Counted from the stretch's first letter, positions 36,566 to 46,648 are shown. The stretch: DNA of 60,528 nucleotides from a bacterium (GCA_041497675.1 JBGQGY010000007.1:1-60528); one strand, 5' to 3'. The notes: generated from the sequence alone by a model not told the origin. Numbers and translations are program-made.

Positions 36566-38370
36566 TCCGTCGGCTGTCGCTCGGGATCAGCGCCGCCACC
36601 GTCGCGCTGCTGATCGCGGGCGCCACCGTCAGCGCGACCGGCGCCGGGCTGGCCTGCCCCGATTGGCCCCTGTGCCATGGGCGCCTGCTCCCGCCCCTGG
36701 AGCCGCTCGTCCTGATCGAGTACGGCCATCGGTTGCTGGCCTCGGTGGTCGGGTTCCTCATGCTGCTCCTGGCCGTATTCGTCTGGCGCGATCGGGGAAC
36801 GCGCGCGCGCTTCGGCCGCATGATGACCGTGCTCATGTTGTTGCTCGGCGCACAGGTGGGGCTGGGGGGCGCGACCGTGCTCTCGCGTCTTGGGCCCGCG
36901 ATCGTCGGGACGCACCTGACGACGGCCATGACCTTCCTGGTGCTGCTGGTCACGCTGACGGCGCGCGCGCAGTGGGAGGGGGAGGCGACCGTTGGAGCGG
37001 TTGATCGGGGGTTACGTCGCCTCGCGCACGTGGCGCTTGGCGTTGCGTTCCTGCAAGTCATGCTCGGTGGATTTGTGAGCGCCTTCGGGGCAGGGCTCGC
37101 GTGCCCGGATCTTCCGCTGTGCAATGGGCGTCTGGTCCCTTCGGGTGACGGCGGCGCGCTGCTGCACTACGCGCATCGGCTCATCGGTCTCGCGGTGGTC
37201 GTCCTCGTGGCTGCCGTCGGCGCGCGCGCCCGCGCGGGCGTCGACCCGATCGTGCGCGTCCTCTCGAGGTATGCGGTGGTGATCGTGGTGCTCCAGGCCG
37301 GTTTGGGGATTGCGAACGTGGTGTTGCACCTGCATCCCGCCGTCCGCGTCGCCCATGTGGGCGGCGCGGCGGCGCTGCTCTCCGCACTGTCCGCGCTGGT
37401 GGTGCGGCTGCGGGCGGCGCGATCCGCCCAGTTGGGCGGCCGCGACGCCCGCAGCGAGGTGCCCGCATCGGCGGGTGGGCCCGTTGGGCCCGCCCGCCGT
37501 GCCGCGGGACAGGTGGTTGGCGACTACGTGGCACTGACGAAGCCCCGGATCATCGTCTTGCTATTGATCACGACGATCACGACGATGGTGGTTGCAGCCG
37601 GGGGGTTACATTTTAGCGCCGCGCTCGCGTTCCTGACGGTGCTCGGGGGCGCGTTGGCGGCCGGCGCCGCCAACGCGATCAACTGCTACTGGGACCGCGA
37701 CATTGACGCGTTGATGCACCGCACGCGCGGGCGGCCGCTGCCGGCCGGCCGCGTCGAGCCGCGACGCGCACTGGGGTTTGGTCTGGCGCTCTCCGTGATC
37801 TCGGTGGTCGTGCTCGGACTCGGTGCGAACTGGCTTGCCGCGGGGCTGGCCGCCTCCGGCATCCTCTTCTACGTGTTCGTCTACACCGTGTGGCTAAAGC
37901 GCAACACGCCGCACAATATCGTGATCGGCGGCGCGGCCGGCGCGATTCCGCCGCTGGTAGGATGGGCCGCCGTGACCCACCATGTGGGTATCCCCGCCCT
38001 GCTGCTGTTCGCCATCATCTTCTTGTGGACGCCCCCGCACTTCTGGGCGCTCGCGCTGAACCGCGAAGACGACTACCGCGCCGCGGGCATCCCGATGCTG
38101 CCGGTCGTACGAGGCACGGCCGAGACGCTCCGACAGATGGTCTGGTACACAATCGCACTCGTCGCCGCCACCCTGATGCTCGCCGGTCTTGGCGTGCTGG
38201 GGAGGATCTATCTCGTGTCGGCGATCGTCCTGGCGCTGCCGCTCATCGCGCTGGTGCTGCGTCTGGTGCGGCAGGCGACGCCCCGCACGGCCTGGGCCGT
38301 GTTCGAGTACTCGATCCTGTATTTGGGGCTGCTGTTTGCCGCGATGGCGCTTGATCGCCTAGTTGGCTGA
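36544..38370 (+). CDS. ctaB: Fused heme A synthase (CtaA/Cox15) - heme O synthase (CtaB/CyoE)
   Basis: N-half GLACPDWPLC, EYGHR and second GLACPDLPLC. C-half LTKPRII, DRDIDALM.RT..RPLP.G, NIVIGGAAGA, WTPPHFWALA. GTG at 36544. Confidence 0.88.
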   Translation: MAVQPSLIRRLSLGISAATVALLIAGATVSATGAGLACPDWPLCHGRLLPPLEPLVLIEYGHRLLASVVGFLMLLLAVFVWRDRGTRARFGRMMTVLMLLLGAQVGLGGATVLSRLGPAIVGTHLTTAMTFLVLLVTLTARAQWEGEATVGAVDRGLRRLAHVALGVAFLQVMLGGFVSAFGAGLACPDLPLCNGRLVPSGDGGALLHYAHRLIGLAVVVLVAAVGARARAGVDPIVRVLSRYAVVIVVLQAGLGIANVVLHLHPAVRVAHVGGAAALLSALSALVVRLRAARSAQLGGRDARSEVPASAGGPVGPARRAAGQVVGDYVALTKPRIIVLLLITTITTMVVAAGGLHFSAALAFLTVLGGALAAGAANAINCYWDRDIDALMHRTRGRPLPAGRVEPRRALGFGLALSVISVVVLGLGANWLAAGLAASGILFYVFVYTVWLKRNTPHNIVIGGAAGAIPPLVGWAAVTHHVGIPALLLFAIIFLWTPPHFWALALNREDDYRAAGIPMLPVVRGTAETLRQMVWYTIALVAATLMLAGLGVLGRIYLVSAIVLALPLIALVLRLVRQATPRTAWAVFEYSILYLGLLFAAMALDRLVG

Positions 38371-38406
38371 CGCGAGACAAACGCGCCGCGCGCTCAGCGC
38401 GGCGCG

Positions 38407-40770
38407 TCAGCGCGGCGCGTCGATCTGGATCGGCGCATCGACCCGCGAGATCTCGAGCGTCATGTACTGTCCGCGCGCAATCATCAATAGCCTCGTCAGC
38501 CGGCCACTCGAGATCCCGATCCATCCGGCAAACCTCGCCGTCCCGCCGGGGCCGTCCCACAGGACGACCTGGCAGTCTTCGTCGGGGCACGGTGCGCGGC
38601 GACCCATGGCATGCTGCGCGCCGCCGAGGTAGACGGTCGCGCCGTCGAATGATCGGGTCTGCATGGCGGCATCCTGCCGCCACGACCCGCCGCCGCTCCT
38701 GGCGTAGTGAGCGGGGCCGATGATGATCCCCTCGAGCCCGGAGGAGGTGCGGTACCTGAGACGGCGCGGCGGCTGGAACTCCGTCTGAGTCAGGATCACG
38801 TTGCCCCGGTCGTCCGTCAACTGCTCGTCCTCACGCCACGATCGGAGATCCATCGCGACGGCGCGCGCCCGCGTCAGCAGTCGCTCGGCCTCGGTATCCG
38901 CGCCCGGCGCGCCGCGCCCGCCGCTCGAGCCGCGTCTGAACGGAAACGCGGTCGCGACATCGTCGCGGCCCTTGCGCCGGATGATCACCCCAACCTCCCA
39001 CCAGCCGTCCAGCAACAGATAACCGCCCTCTGCGATGTAGCGGCCACCGGGTTGAGCCGAAGGGGTGATCGTCGCCGGGGCGAGATCTTCGTCGAGCTTG
39101 GTCAAGCGAAGCCGCACCAGGACGTCCGTGCCGAGCGGTGATCCCCCGGCGTCACTCACCACGATCTCGAAGCGGTCGGCACCGCGGCCGGATGGCGCGA
39201 TCCTGATCCTGATCGTGATATCGCCCGTCATCCCGGACATCACCACGGGCGTGGGACTCTCGGGACGGTACGTCACCCGCGCCGGCGGCGTCATCGTGAT
39301 CGCGGCCACCGCCAGCAGCACCCCGGCGCCGAGCGCGATCTCGCCCGTGATCGACCTCACAAACCGCCGCGTCGTCTCCTCGAGACGCGGGCCCGCCGCC
39401 GCGATGGCCGGGCGCAGGACGAACCGATTGTACGCGCCCAGGCCGGCGATCACGGCGACCAGCCCGAGCTTGAGCAACAAGAGCCTACCGTATGGCGTCG
39501 CGAGCAGCGCAAGGCGTGCCGGCACGTTGAGCCAGGCCGCATAGGCGCCGGTCGTGAGGATCACGAGCAGACCGAGGCCTGACACGAGGGACACTCGGGT
39601 GACGAGCGCCTGCGCCAGACGGCCACGCTGTCGCGCAGGCGCGGACCGAAGGCTGATCCACAGCGACGCGAGTCCCCCGATCCATAACCCCGCCGCGGCC
39701 AGGTGGAGCCAATCGCCGAGCAACGCAGGGAGCCCATCACCGGCGGCGTGCGATCGCAGCGCCAAGCCTACCAGTAACCCCGCGCCCGCCGCCACGGGCA
39801 CACCCGGCATCTGAGGAATCGGGATGTCCGACACCTGCGGCAGGATGAACGCCATCCACACGCCCAGCAACGCGTACACGGACGACGCGAGCACGAGCAG
39901 CGCCAGGTGGGTGCTCCCGACGACTACCGCCGGGCCGCCCAACACGGTCATGATGCCCACCGTGAGGATGATCCAGGCGACGGCCGCCGCCTGCAGGATG
40001 CGTCCGCGCGGCGATCGCGGCATGAGCAGCAACCCGGCCATCCCCGCCTGCACCATACCGCTCCAACCCGGGCGCGTGCCGAAGAGGAAAGGCGCAAACG
40101 TCCCGCGTGCCGCGAGCACCGGTCCGGTCGTGAGTTCGGCCAGCTGCAAGACGAGGTCCAGCGTAACGGCGGCGACCAACACGCCGGCCGCCCATACCGT
40201 CGCATGGTGGAGGGACCGGTCCGTCGACGCCGCCAGCGGTCCGGAGTCGTCTCGCGGCATCCGCCGCAGACCCGGCACCAGTACGAACACCTGAAAGGCG
40301 ACCCGACCGGCCAGAAAGATCGCCGCCAGATAGGCGAGCCAGCGAACCGCCAGCCTCGGCAGAGCCGGCGAGACCGTCTCCCCCGTCTGACCGGCGCCGG
40401 TGGGCAGCGCGCGCCCGACGGAGAAGATGAAGAAACCGGTGGTGGTGTGACCGTCGATTGCCGACAGCACCCGCCACCGGACGGTGAACACGCCACGCGC
40501 GACATCGACCAGCGGGACGGTCACGATACGCCCATCCGCGCCGACGATCGCCTGAGCCGACACGCCGCGGCCCGCTTCATCGCGCACCGCCGCCGAGGTG
40601 AACACCGGGTCCACCGGTTCGCTCAACCGGAGCGTCACCTGGCGCGGGGGCGCATCGAGCGCCGCGTTTGGAGCCGGGTCGGACCGCTCCACGACGCTAT
40701 GGCCCGCCGCCGTTGCGGCGGCCGCCATCCACACGGCCAGGACACACACCACGAGAGTCCGAATCTGCAC
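38407..40770 (-). CDS. CopC-CopD copper-resistance fusion with long extracytoplasmic C-terminal extension
   Basis: Signal peptide followed by H-S-V (mature N-terminal His), WRVLSAIDGH.T.G (CopC); SHAA, DWLHL.AAGLWIGG, TPYGRLL (CopD). Start 40770, or alternatively 40779/40782. Confidence 0.85.
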   Translation of the reverse strand: MQIRTLVVCVLAVWMAAAATAAGHSVVERSDPAPNAALDAPPRQVTLRLSEPVDPVFTSAAVRDEAGRGVSAQAIVGADGRIVTVPLVDVARGVFTVRWRVLSAIDGHTTTGFFIFSVGRALPTGAGQTGETVSPALPRLAVRWLAYLAAIFLAGRVAFQVFVLVPGLRRMPRDDSGPLAASTDRSLHHATVWAAGVLVAAVTLDLVLQLAELTTGPVLAARGTFAPFLFGTRPGWSGMVQAGMAGLLLMPRSPRGRILQAAAVAWIILTVGIMTVLGGPAVVVGSTHLALLVLASSVYALLGVWMAFILPQVSDIPIPQMPGVPVAAGAGLLVGLALRSHAAGDGLPALLGDWLHLAAAGLWIGGLASLWISLRSAPARQRGRLAQALVTRVSLVSGLGLLVILTTGAYAAWLNVPARLALLATPYGRLLLLKLGLVAVIAGLGAYNRFVLRPAIAAAGPRLEETTRRFVRSITGEIALGAGVLLAVAAITMTPPARVTYRPESPTPVVMSGMTGDITIRIRIAPSGRGADRFEIVVSDAGGSPLGTDVLVRLRLTKLDEDLAPATITPSAQPGGRYIAEGGYLLLDGWWEVGVIIRRKGRDDVATAFPFRRGSSGGRGAPGADTEAERLLTRARAVAMDLRSWREDEQLTDDRGNVILTQTEFQPPRRLRYRTSSGLEGIIIGPAHYARSGGGSWRQDAAMQTRSFDGATVYLGGAQHAMGRRAPCPDEDCQVVLWDGPGGTARFAGWIGISSGRLTRLLMIARGQYMTLEISRVDAPIQIDAPR

Positions 40771-40885
40771 CGTGCTCATCATAAATCGCAACTCTCGGAA
40801 TGAGAACGCAGGAGAGGGTCCGCGTGCCGCTGAACTGAAGTCAGAGCACGTCGCTGCGCACAGAGCACAGGGAGGAAGGGGTGGC

Positions 40886-41710
40886 ATGACGGTAGGTTCG
40901 GAGGTCGCCGACGGGCGACGGATCGGTCGTCTCTACGGCCTGGTCATCATGCTCTTGGTGGTCATCGGGGGCGGAGGGAGCACCGTGTACGCGTACCGAC
41001 ACTGGTGGCTGCCCCCCGTCGCCTCGCTCCAGGGGCAGACGACAGATCGCCTCTTTTACAACACGCTGTACGTGACCGGCGCGGTCTTCATCTTCGTCCA
41101 CGTGCTGCTGGCCCTGATCCTCTGGCGGTACGGGGCGCACGGCGATGAGCGCGCCGCCTATTTTCACGAGCACAAGTCGCTCGAGCTAAGTTACACGATC
41201 ATCCCGGCGGTGGTGATGGCCGTCATGGTCACGATGAGCGGCGTGGTCTGGTCGAAGCTCCACAGCCCGCCGCCGGCCGACGCGCTGGTGGCGGAGGTTC
41301 GCGGCGAGCAGTTTGTCTGGAAGACGCGCTATCCGGGGCCCGACGGCGTGTTCGGCAAGATCGATCCCAAACAGATGAACCAGACCAACCCGATGGGCCT
41401 CGACCGCAACGATCCCGCGGCCGCGGACGACATCGTCACCACCGAACTCCACGTGATCGTCGACCGGCCGGTGCGGTTGCGCATCCGGTCTCGCGACGTC
41501 ATCCATGCCTTCTTCGTGCCGGCCTTCCGGATGAAACAGGATGCGGTCCCCGGGATGAACAACGAGATCTGGTTCACGCCGACAAAGGCTGCCGACCTGG
41601 AAATCGCGTGCGCCGAGTTGTGCGGGATCGGACACTACATCATGCGCGGCAAGGTCAAGGTCGAGTCTCAGGCGGAGTTCGACGCCTGGCTGGCCCAGCA
41701 AAAGAAGTAG
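40886..41710 (+). CDS. coxB: Cytochrome c oxidase subunit II
   Basis: Two TM helices, DVIHAF, CuA motif CAELCGIGHYIM. Confidence 0.93.
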   Translation: MTVGSEVADGRRIGRLYGLVIMLLVVIGGGGSTVYAYRHWWLPPVASLQGQTTDRLFYNTLYVTGAVFIFVHVLLALILWRYGAHGDERAAYFHEHKSLELSYTIIPAVVMAVMVTMSGVVWSKLHSPPPADALVAEVRGEQFVWKTRYPGPDGVFGKIDPKQMNQTNPMGLDRNDPAAADDIVTTELHVIVDRPVRLRIRSRDVIHAFFVPAFRMKQDAVPGMNNEIWFTPTKAADLEIACAELCGIGHYIMRGKVKVESQAEFDAWLAQQKK

Positions 41711-41723
41711 CGCGACGAGGCCG

Positions 41724-43547
41724 ATGGAGCATCAGGGGAGCGATTCGATGACGGTCACGCACGCGCACGGCGCGGTCCACACCGAACATGAGCTGACCTG
41801 GATCCAGAAGTACATCTTTAGCCAGGACCACAAGATCATCGGCATCCAGTACATGATCACGTCGCTCGTCATGGCGCTGATCGGCGGGACGCTTGCGATG
41901 CTGATTCGCATGCAGCTCGGGTTCCCCGGCGTCAAGTGGGGTCTCGCGGCGGCGTTGTTCCCGGGCGGTTTCCAGGGTGGCCAGATGAAGCCCGACTTTT
42001 ACCTGGCCGTGGTGACGATGCACGGGACGATCATGGTCTTCTTCGTCCTGACGACGATCCTCTCAGGGGGGTTCGGCAACTTCCTGATCCCGCTCCAGAT
42101 CGGCGCGCGAGATATGGCGTTCCCGTTCCTGAACATGGTGTCGTACTGGCTGTACCCGCCGGCGATTGTCGTGCTGCTGACATCGTTTTTCGTGAGCGGG
42201 GGCGCGGCCGGCGGCGGGTGGACGTCGTACCCGCCGTTATCCGCGATTCCTCACGCCGCCCCGGGGTCGGGTCTGGGGCAAACGCTGTGGCTTGTCGCGC
42301 TGGCCATCCTGATCGTGAGCTTTCTGCTTGGGGGTCTGAACTACATCACCACGATTTTGCAGATGCGTACGCGCGGCATGTCGCTGATGAGGTTGCCGCT
42401 GACGATCTGGAGCCTGCTCATTACCGCGATCCTGATGTTGCTCTCGTTCCCGGTGCTGACCGCGGCGGCCATCATGCTCCTGTTCGACCGTTTGGCCGGG
42501 ACGAGTTTCTTCGTGCCGTCGGGGCTCGTGGTCGGCGGAGAGCTCATCTCCCACACCGGCGGGAACCCGATCCTCTGGCAGCATCTCTTCTGGTTCCTCG
42601 GCCATCCCGAGGTGTACGTGTTGATCCTGCCGGCGATGGGCATGGTGTCGGACATCATGTCCGCGCACGGCCGCAAGCCGATCTTTGGCTATCCGTTCAT
42701 GGTGGGCTCGATGGCGGCGATTGCCATCCTGTCGTTCCTGGTCTGGGGTCACCACATGTACACCAGCGGCATGCACCCGCTGATCGGCACGGCCTTCATG
42801 GTGACCACGCTGGCCATTGCGGTGCCCTCGGCCGTCAAGACGTTCAACTGGCTCGTCACCCTGTACCGCGCGCGGATTCAATTCGCGCCGTCCATGCTGT
42901 TCGCCGTCGGCTTCGTCTCGCTGTTCGTCACCGGGGGGCTCACCGGCATCTTCCTGGCGCAACCGCCCATTGACATCCACTTTCAGGACACGTTTTTCGT
43001 TGTGGCCCATTTCCACTTCGTGATGGCGAGCGCGTCGTTGTTCGGCGTCTTCGCCGGCATCTACCACTGGTTCCCGAAGATGTTCGGCAAGATGATGAAC
43101 GACCGGCTGGGGAAGTGGCACTTCTGGATCACGTTTGTGGGCATCTACGCGACGTTCTTCCCCATGCATTTCGCGGGGTTTGCGGGCATGATGCGGCGCA
43201 TCTACTCGACGCAGCTCTACGCGCACCTGCAGGGTCTGCAGCCCCTGAATACGTTCGTCTCGATCGCCGCGTTCGGGCTGGGTCTGGCGCAGCTGTTGTT
43301 CGTGGGCAACTTCCTCTACAGCATGTTCAGGGGACCGCGGGCCGAGCGCAACCCCTGGCGGGCCACCACGCTCGAGTGGGAAACCCCATCGCCTCCGCCA
43401 CACGGCAACTTCGGTGAAGCGCTGCCCGTCGTGCACCGGTGGGCGTACGATTACAGCATGCCCGGGGCGCCTGAGGACTTTACGCCGCAGACCGCGCCGG
43501 TGACCGCCGAGGAGGCGCGGGCCGGTGGCCACGGGGGCGGCTCGTGA
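41724..43547 (+). CDS. coxA: Cytochrome c oxidase subunit I (A1 type)
   Basis: DHK.IG, TMHG, WFLGHPEVY, WGHHM, VVAHFH. Start may be 41748. Confidence 0.95.
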   Translation: MEHQGSDSMTVTHAHGAVHTEHELTWIQKYIFSQDHKIIGIQYMITSLVMALIGGTLAMLIRMQLGFPGVKWGLAAALFPGGFQGGQMKPDFYLAVVTMHGTIMVFFVLTTILSGGFGNFLIPLQIGARDMAFPFLNMVSYWLYPPAIVVLLTSFFVSGGAAGGGWTSYPPLSAIPHAAPGSGLGQTLWLVALAILIVSFLLGGLNYITTILQMRTRGMSLMRLPLTIWSLLITAILMLLSFPVLTAAAIMLLFDRLAGTSFFVPSGLVVGGELISHTGGNPILWQHLFWFLGHPEVYVLILPAMGMVSDIMSAHGRKPIFGYPFMVGSMAAIAILSFLVWGHHMYTSGMHPLIGTAFMVTTLAIAVPSAVKTFNWLVTLYRARIQFAPSMLFAVGFVSLFVTGGLTGIFLAQPPIDIHFQDTFFVVAHFHFVMASASLFGVFAGIYHWFPKMFGKMMNDRLGKWHFWITFVGIYATFFPMHFAGFAGMMRRIYSTQLYAHLQGLQPLNTFVSIAAFGLGLAQLLFVGNFLYSMFRGPRAERNPWRATTLEWETPSPPPHGNFGEALPVVHRWAYDYSMPGAPEDFTPQTAPVTAEEARAGGHGGGS

Positions 43548-44194
43548 GCCCGGTTAGCCAAACACTGGAGAAGACGCCGGGTACCGCGGGACCCCTTGGG
43601 GGCGGCGGAGATTGGGGCCGGCCCGGACCGGGTGGTGACGGCGCGCTCACCCTCGGCGCGACACCGGCGAGTGCCTCGCGCATCGGCGTCTGGCTGCTGG
43701 TTGGGGCGATCACGATTCTCTTTGTCGCGTTCACGAGCACGTACCTGGTGCGTCGCGCGCAGTCCGACTGGCGGATCGGGCCGCTGCCGCCGGTCCTCTG
43801 GGTGAACACCGCGCTGCTGGTCGCCAGCGGTCTCGCCCTCGAACGGGCCCGCCGCGGTGCGAGGGTCGACGCGCGGCGCGTCTGGCGCGGCGCGCTGGCT
43901 ACCGCCACCGTGCTCGGGATCGCGTTCGTGACCGGCCAGATCGCCGTCTGGACGCAACTGGCGGCCGCCGGGATCTTCATGGCCAGCAATCCCCATGCGG
44001 CGTTTTTCTACCTCCTCACAGGGGTCCACGGCCTGCACGTCGCCGGGGGCGTCTGCGCGCTGATGTATACGCTGTGGAAGACGTGGCGGTTGGACGGACG
44101 GGCGGCGCTGGACGTCATCGAGCCCACCGCGACCTACTGGCACTTCGTAGACGGGCTATGGATCTATCTGTTCGTGATCCTCTTCTGGATCTAG
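43544..44194 (+). CDS. Cytochrome c oxidase subunit III-like protein (first copy)
   Basis: FFYLLTGVHGLHV, YWHFVD.LW..LF. Confidence 0.88.
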   Translation: MSPVSQTLEKTPGTAGPLGGGGDWGRPGPGGDGALTLGATPASASRIGVWLLVGAITILFVAFTSTYLVRRAQSDWRIGPLPPVLWVNTALLVASGLALERARRGARVDARRVWRGALATATVLGIAFVTGQIAVWTQLAAAGIFMASNPHAAFFYLLTGVHGLHVAGGVCALMYTLWKTWRLDGRAALDVIEPTATYWHFVDGLWIYLFVILFWI

Positions 44195-44228
44195 GCACGT
44201 CGGTCGACGCACGCCAACCGCGGAGGCG

Positions 44229-44855
44229 ATGATGGCGCACTCGGTCACAGCCGAACACAACCAGGGCGCCGCGGCAGACTGGACCGGCGGCCAGTCACCA
44301 TTTGGGCTCAACTGGCCCAAGGTGATGATGTGGCTCTTCCTGATCTCCGACACGCTGACGTTTGCCGGGCTGCTGATGGGCTACGGGGCGATGCGTCTGT
44401 CGCTGGGGACCTGGCCAAAACAGAGCGACATCTTCCATCTGTGGCTCGTGGGATTGATGACGTTCATCCTGATCTGCAGCAGCGCGACGATGGCGATCGC
44501 GGTGGCCGCGGCCAGGACCGGCGACAAGCGCACCGTCATGCGGTTCCTGCTGCTCACGGCGCTCGGCGGCCTGATGTTCCTGGGGATGCAGGTGTACGAG
44601 TGGACGAACTTCATCCACGAGGGTGCGCGTCTCTTTGAGAATCCCTGGGGCGTGCCGCAATTCTCCGCGACGTTCTTCATCACCACGGGGTTCCACGGCG
44701 GGCATGTGACGGTGGGCGTCATCTATCTCTTGATCACGGCGCTGCGCTGGGCGCGCGGCACCATCCAGCCCGAAAGCGTCGAGATCGCGGGGCTGTACTG
44801 GCACTTCGTCGACCTGATCTGGGTCTTCATCTTCACCCTGCTATACTTGCTCTAG
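44229..44855 (+). CDS. Cytochrome c oxidase subunit III-like protein (second copy)
   Basis: MWLFLISD, TGFHGGHV, GLYWHFVDLIWVFIF. Confidence 0.9.
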   Translation: MMAHSVTAEHNQGAAADWTGGQSPFGLNWPKVMMWLFLISDTLTFAGLLMGYGAMRLSLGTWPKQSDIFHLWLVGLMTFILICSSATMAIAVAAARTGDKRTVMRFLLLTALGGLMFLGMQVYEWTNFIHEGARLFENPWGVPQFSATFFITTGFHGGHVTVGVIYLLITALRWARGTIQPESVEIAGLYWHFVDLIWVFIFTLLYLL

Positions 44856-44889
44856 ACGGCGGCGGGGAATCTGGTCGGGAGGGTCGCGG

Positions 44890-45192
44890 GTGGCGGAACC
44901 GCAGCACGAAGGCGGATACAAGGGCTACGTGATCACCTGGGTCTGGCTGCTGGTCATCACGGTCCTCGAAATTTCGGTCGTCCTCGTCGGGTTGCCCAAG
45001 GCGCTGCTGGCAAGCCTGCTGCTGCTGATGTCGCTGATGAAGGCGGCGCTGATCGTGGGGTACTTCATGCACCTGCGCTACGAGCGCGTGGCGTTCATCT
45101 ACACTGTCATCACCCCAATGGTCGTGCTCGTCGTGATCCTCTTCGCCTTTGTCGCGCCCGACGCCATCCACGTGTTTACGAGTCGGCGGTGA
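44890..45192 (+). CDS. Cytochrome c oxidase subunit IV family protein
   Basis: KAALIVGYFMHLRYE motif, three TM helices. Confidence 0.85.
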   Translation: MAEPQHEGGYKGYVITWVWLLVITVLEISVVLVGLPKALLASLLLLMSLMKAALIVGYFMHLRYERVAFIYTVITPMVVLVVILFAFVAPDAIHVFTSRR

Positions 45193-45234
45193 CGCGGGGC
45201 CGCTGAAGCGGTCCCGTGGCTGGCTACCGATCCC

Positions 45235-45663
45235 GTGATCCCACTCGCCTGGTTGCCTCATGTGAACGCGGCGCTCAACGCCCTGTCTGCGGCGCTGCTC
45301 GGCGCCGGGTTTGCTGCCATCCGGCGGCGCAACATCCCACTGCACCGCCGGCTGATGCTGTCCGCGGTCACCGCCTCGGCAACGTTCCTGGTGTCGTACC
45401 TCTACTACCACGCGCATGCGGGGGTCACGCGCTTCGCCGGCACCGGGGCGGCGCGGCCCGCCTATTTCGCGATCCTGTCCACCCACACCGTCCTGGCGGC
45501 GCTGATTGTGCCCCTGGTCGGCGTGACGCTCTACCGGGCGCTCCGTCGGCGCTATCCTCTGCACCGGCGTATCGCCCGGTGGACGCTGCCCGTGTGGCTG
45601 TATGTGTCCGTCACCGGCGTCGTCGTGTATGCGATGCTGTATCATCTGTACCCCTCTCGCTGA
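45235..45663 (+). CDS. DUF420 family membrane protein
   Basis: LPHVNA.LN, HRRLM, YF.IL.TH..LA, HRRIARWT.PVWLYVSVTG.VVY. Typical cox-operon associate. Confidence 0.85.
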   Translation: MIPLAWLPHVNAALNALSAALLGAGFAAIRRRNIPLHRRLMLSAVTASATFLVSYLYYHAHAGVTRFAGTGAARPAYFAILSTHTVLAALIVPLVGVTLYRALRRRYPLHRRIARWTLPVWLYVSVTGVVVYAMLYHLYPSR

Positions 45664-45665
45664 CC

Positions 45666-46568
45666 GTGCGCGCGATCGAGATCCTCAAGACGTTCTTCGC
45701 GCGCGAGCAGGATCTCGCGGCCGTGTATCTCTATGGTCGCTACGGTTCGGGCCCATCGTTCGGTGACACGGACATCGAGATCGGGTTACTCTTTCCCGCC
45801 ACGGCGGACGAAGACGATATCCGCGACTACATGGAACATCTGTCCAATGTGAACCCGCTGGGGAGCGAACCCGGGATTCTCATGCCGTTTGCGCTCAACA
45901 CGCATGTGCTGCCGGTGGTCTTCGAGGTGATGACCGGTGGCACCGTGCTGGTCGACCACCAGCCGTCGGCCCGCGAAGCGTTCTTGGTGCAGATGCAGAC
46001 CCGGCTCGACAAAGAGCGCGCCCAGATCCTGGAGGACGCCAAGGAGTCGATCACGCAGGCCAGGGCGCTCGGTCTTGGTCTGGCGGCCGCATCCGGGCTG
46101 ATGCTCCCGCAGCCTCCGAAGTTTCTCGACCCGATCCGTATCGGCTGGCGCCTAAACCGTGTCATGGCGTCGGTTGCGGTGCTGGAGGCCACCACCCGGG
46201 ACCCCGAAGCCGCCGGCCGCGACCCGGAGCGTCTGGGGCAAACCATCGGCTGGTTCAGCAACGCGGTGGGGGCCGCGACGGGCATGGCCAAGTCCATGCT
46301 GAACATCTTTGAGATGGAACGCCCGTCAAGACGCTGGCAGGTATTTCTCCCGCTGGCCGATTCGGGGCTCGTCACCATGGACCTGGCCCTGTTCTTGGGG
46401 GCCCTGGTGGAGTTGCGCTGGCAGTTGCTGACCAGCAGCGGGATGCTCTCGGCCGATCGGGTGCTCGGGAGCATTCGGGGCAGCCTGCCGCACCTGATCG
46501 TCTTCGCCAGGCTGGCGGCGTGGTACTGCGAAACCCCGGGTGGCCGCGGCGACTCAAAAGTCCACTGA
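45666..46568 (+). CDS. Fused minimal nucleotidyltransferase (MNT)-like + HEPN/DUF86-like protein with degenerate active sites
   Basis: N-domain AVYLYGRY..G....TDIEIGLL...LN...LP..FEV...G.VL. C-domain matches the HepT/DUF86 helical pattern (RP...QVF..LA..G.V..DLA..L..LVELRWQL). Confidence 0.6.
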   Translation: MRAIEILKTFFAREQDLAAVYLYGRYGSGPSFGDTDIEIGLLFPATADEDDIRDYMEHLSNVNPLGSEPGILMPFALNTHVLPVVFEVMTGGTVLVDHQPSAREAFLVQMQTRLDKERAQILEDAKESITQARALGLGLAAASGLMLPQPPKFLDPIRIGWRLNRVMASVAVLEATTRDPEAAGRDPERLGQTIGWFSNAVGAATGMAKSMLNIFEMERPSRRWQVFLPLADSGLVTMDLALFLGALVELRWQLLTSSGMLSADRVLGSIRGSLPHLIVFARLAAWYCETPGGRGDSKVH

Positions 46569-46648
46569 TCGCTGCGCCGGTCCCAGGAAGACGCTCTCCC
46601 CGGCGCGAAGTCTCACTGCTGGCCATCAATGCGTGCGTAGGAGGTTGC

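Noticed and set aside
43544..44855. Two subunit III genes as a novelty
   Set aside because: Split or duplicated subunit III followed by subunit IV and DUF420 is a known oxidase operon layout.
45216..45665. 150-aa N-terminal extension of the MNT-HEPN protein
   Set aside because: Overlaps the DUF420 gene in another frame; the MNT-like domain starts at GTG 45666.
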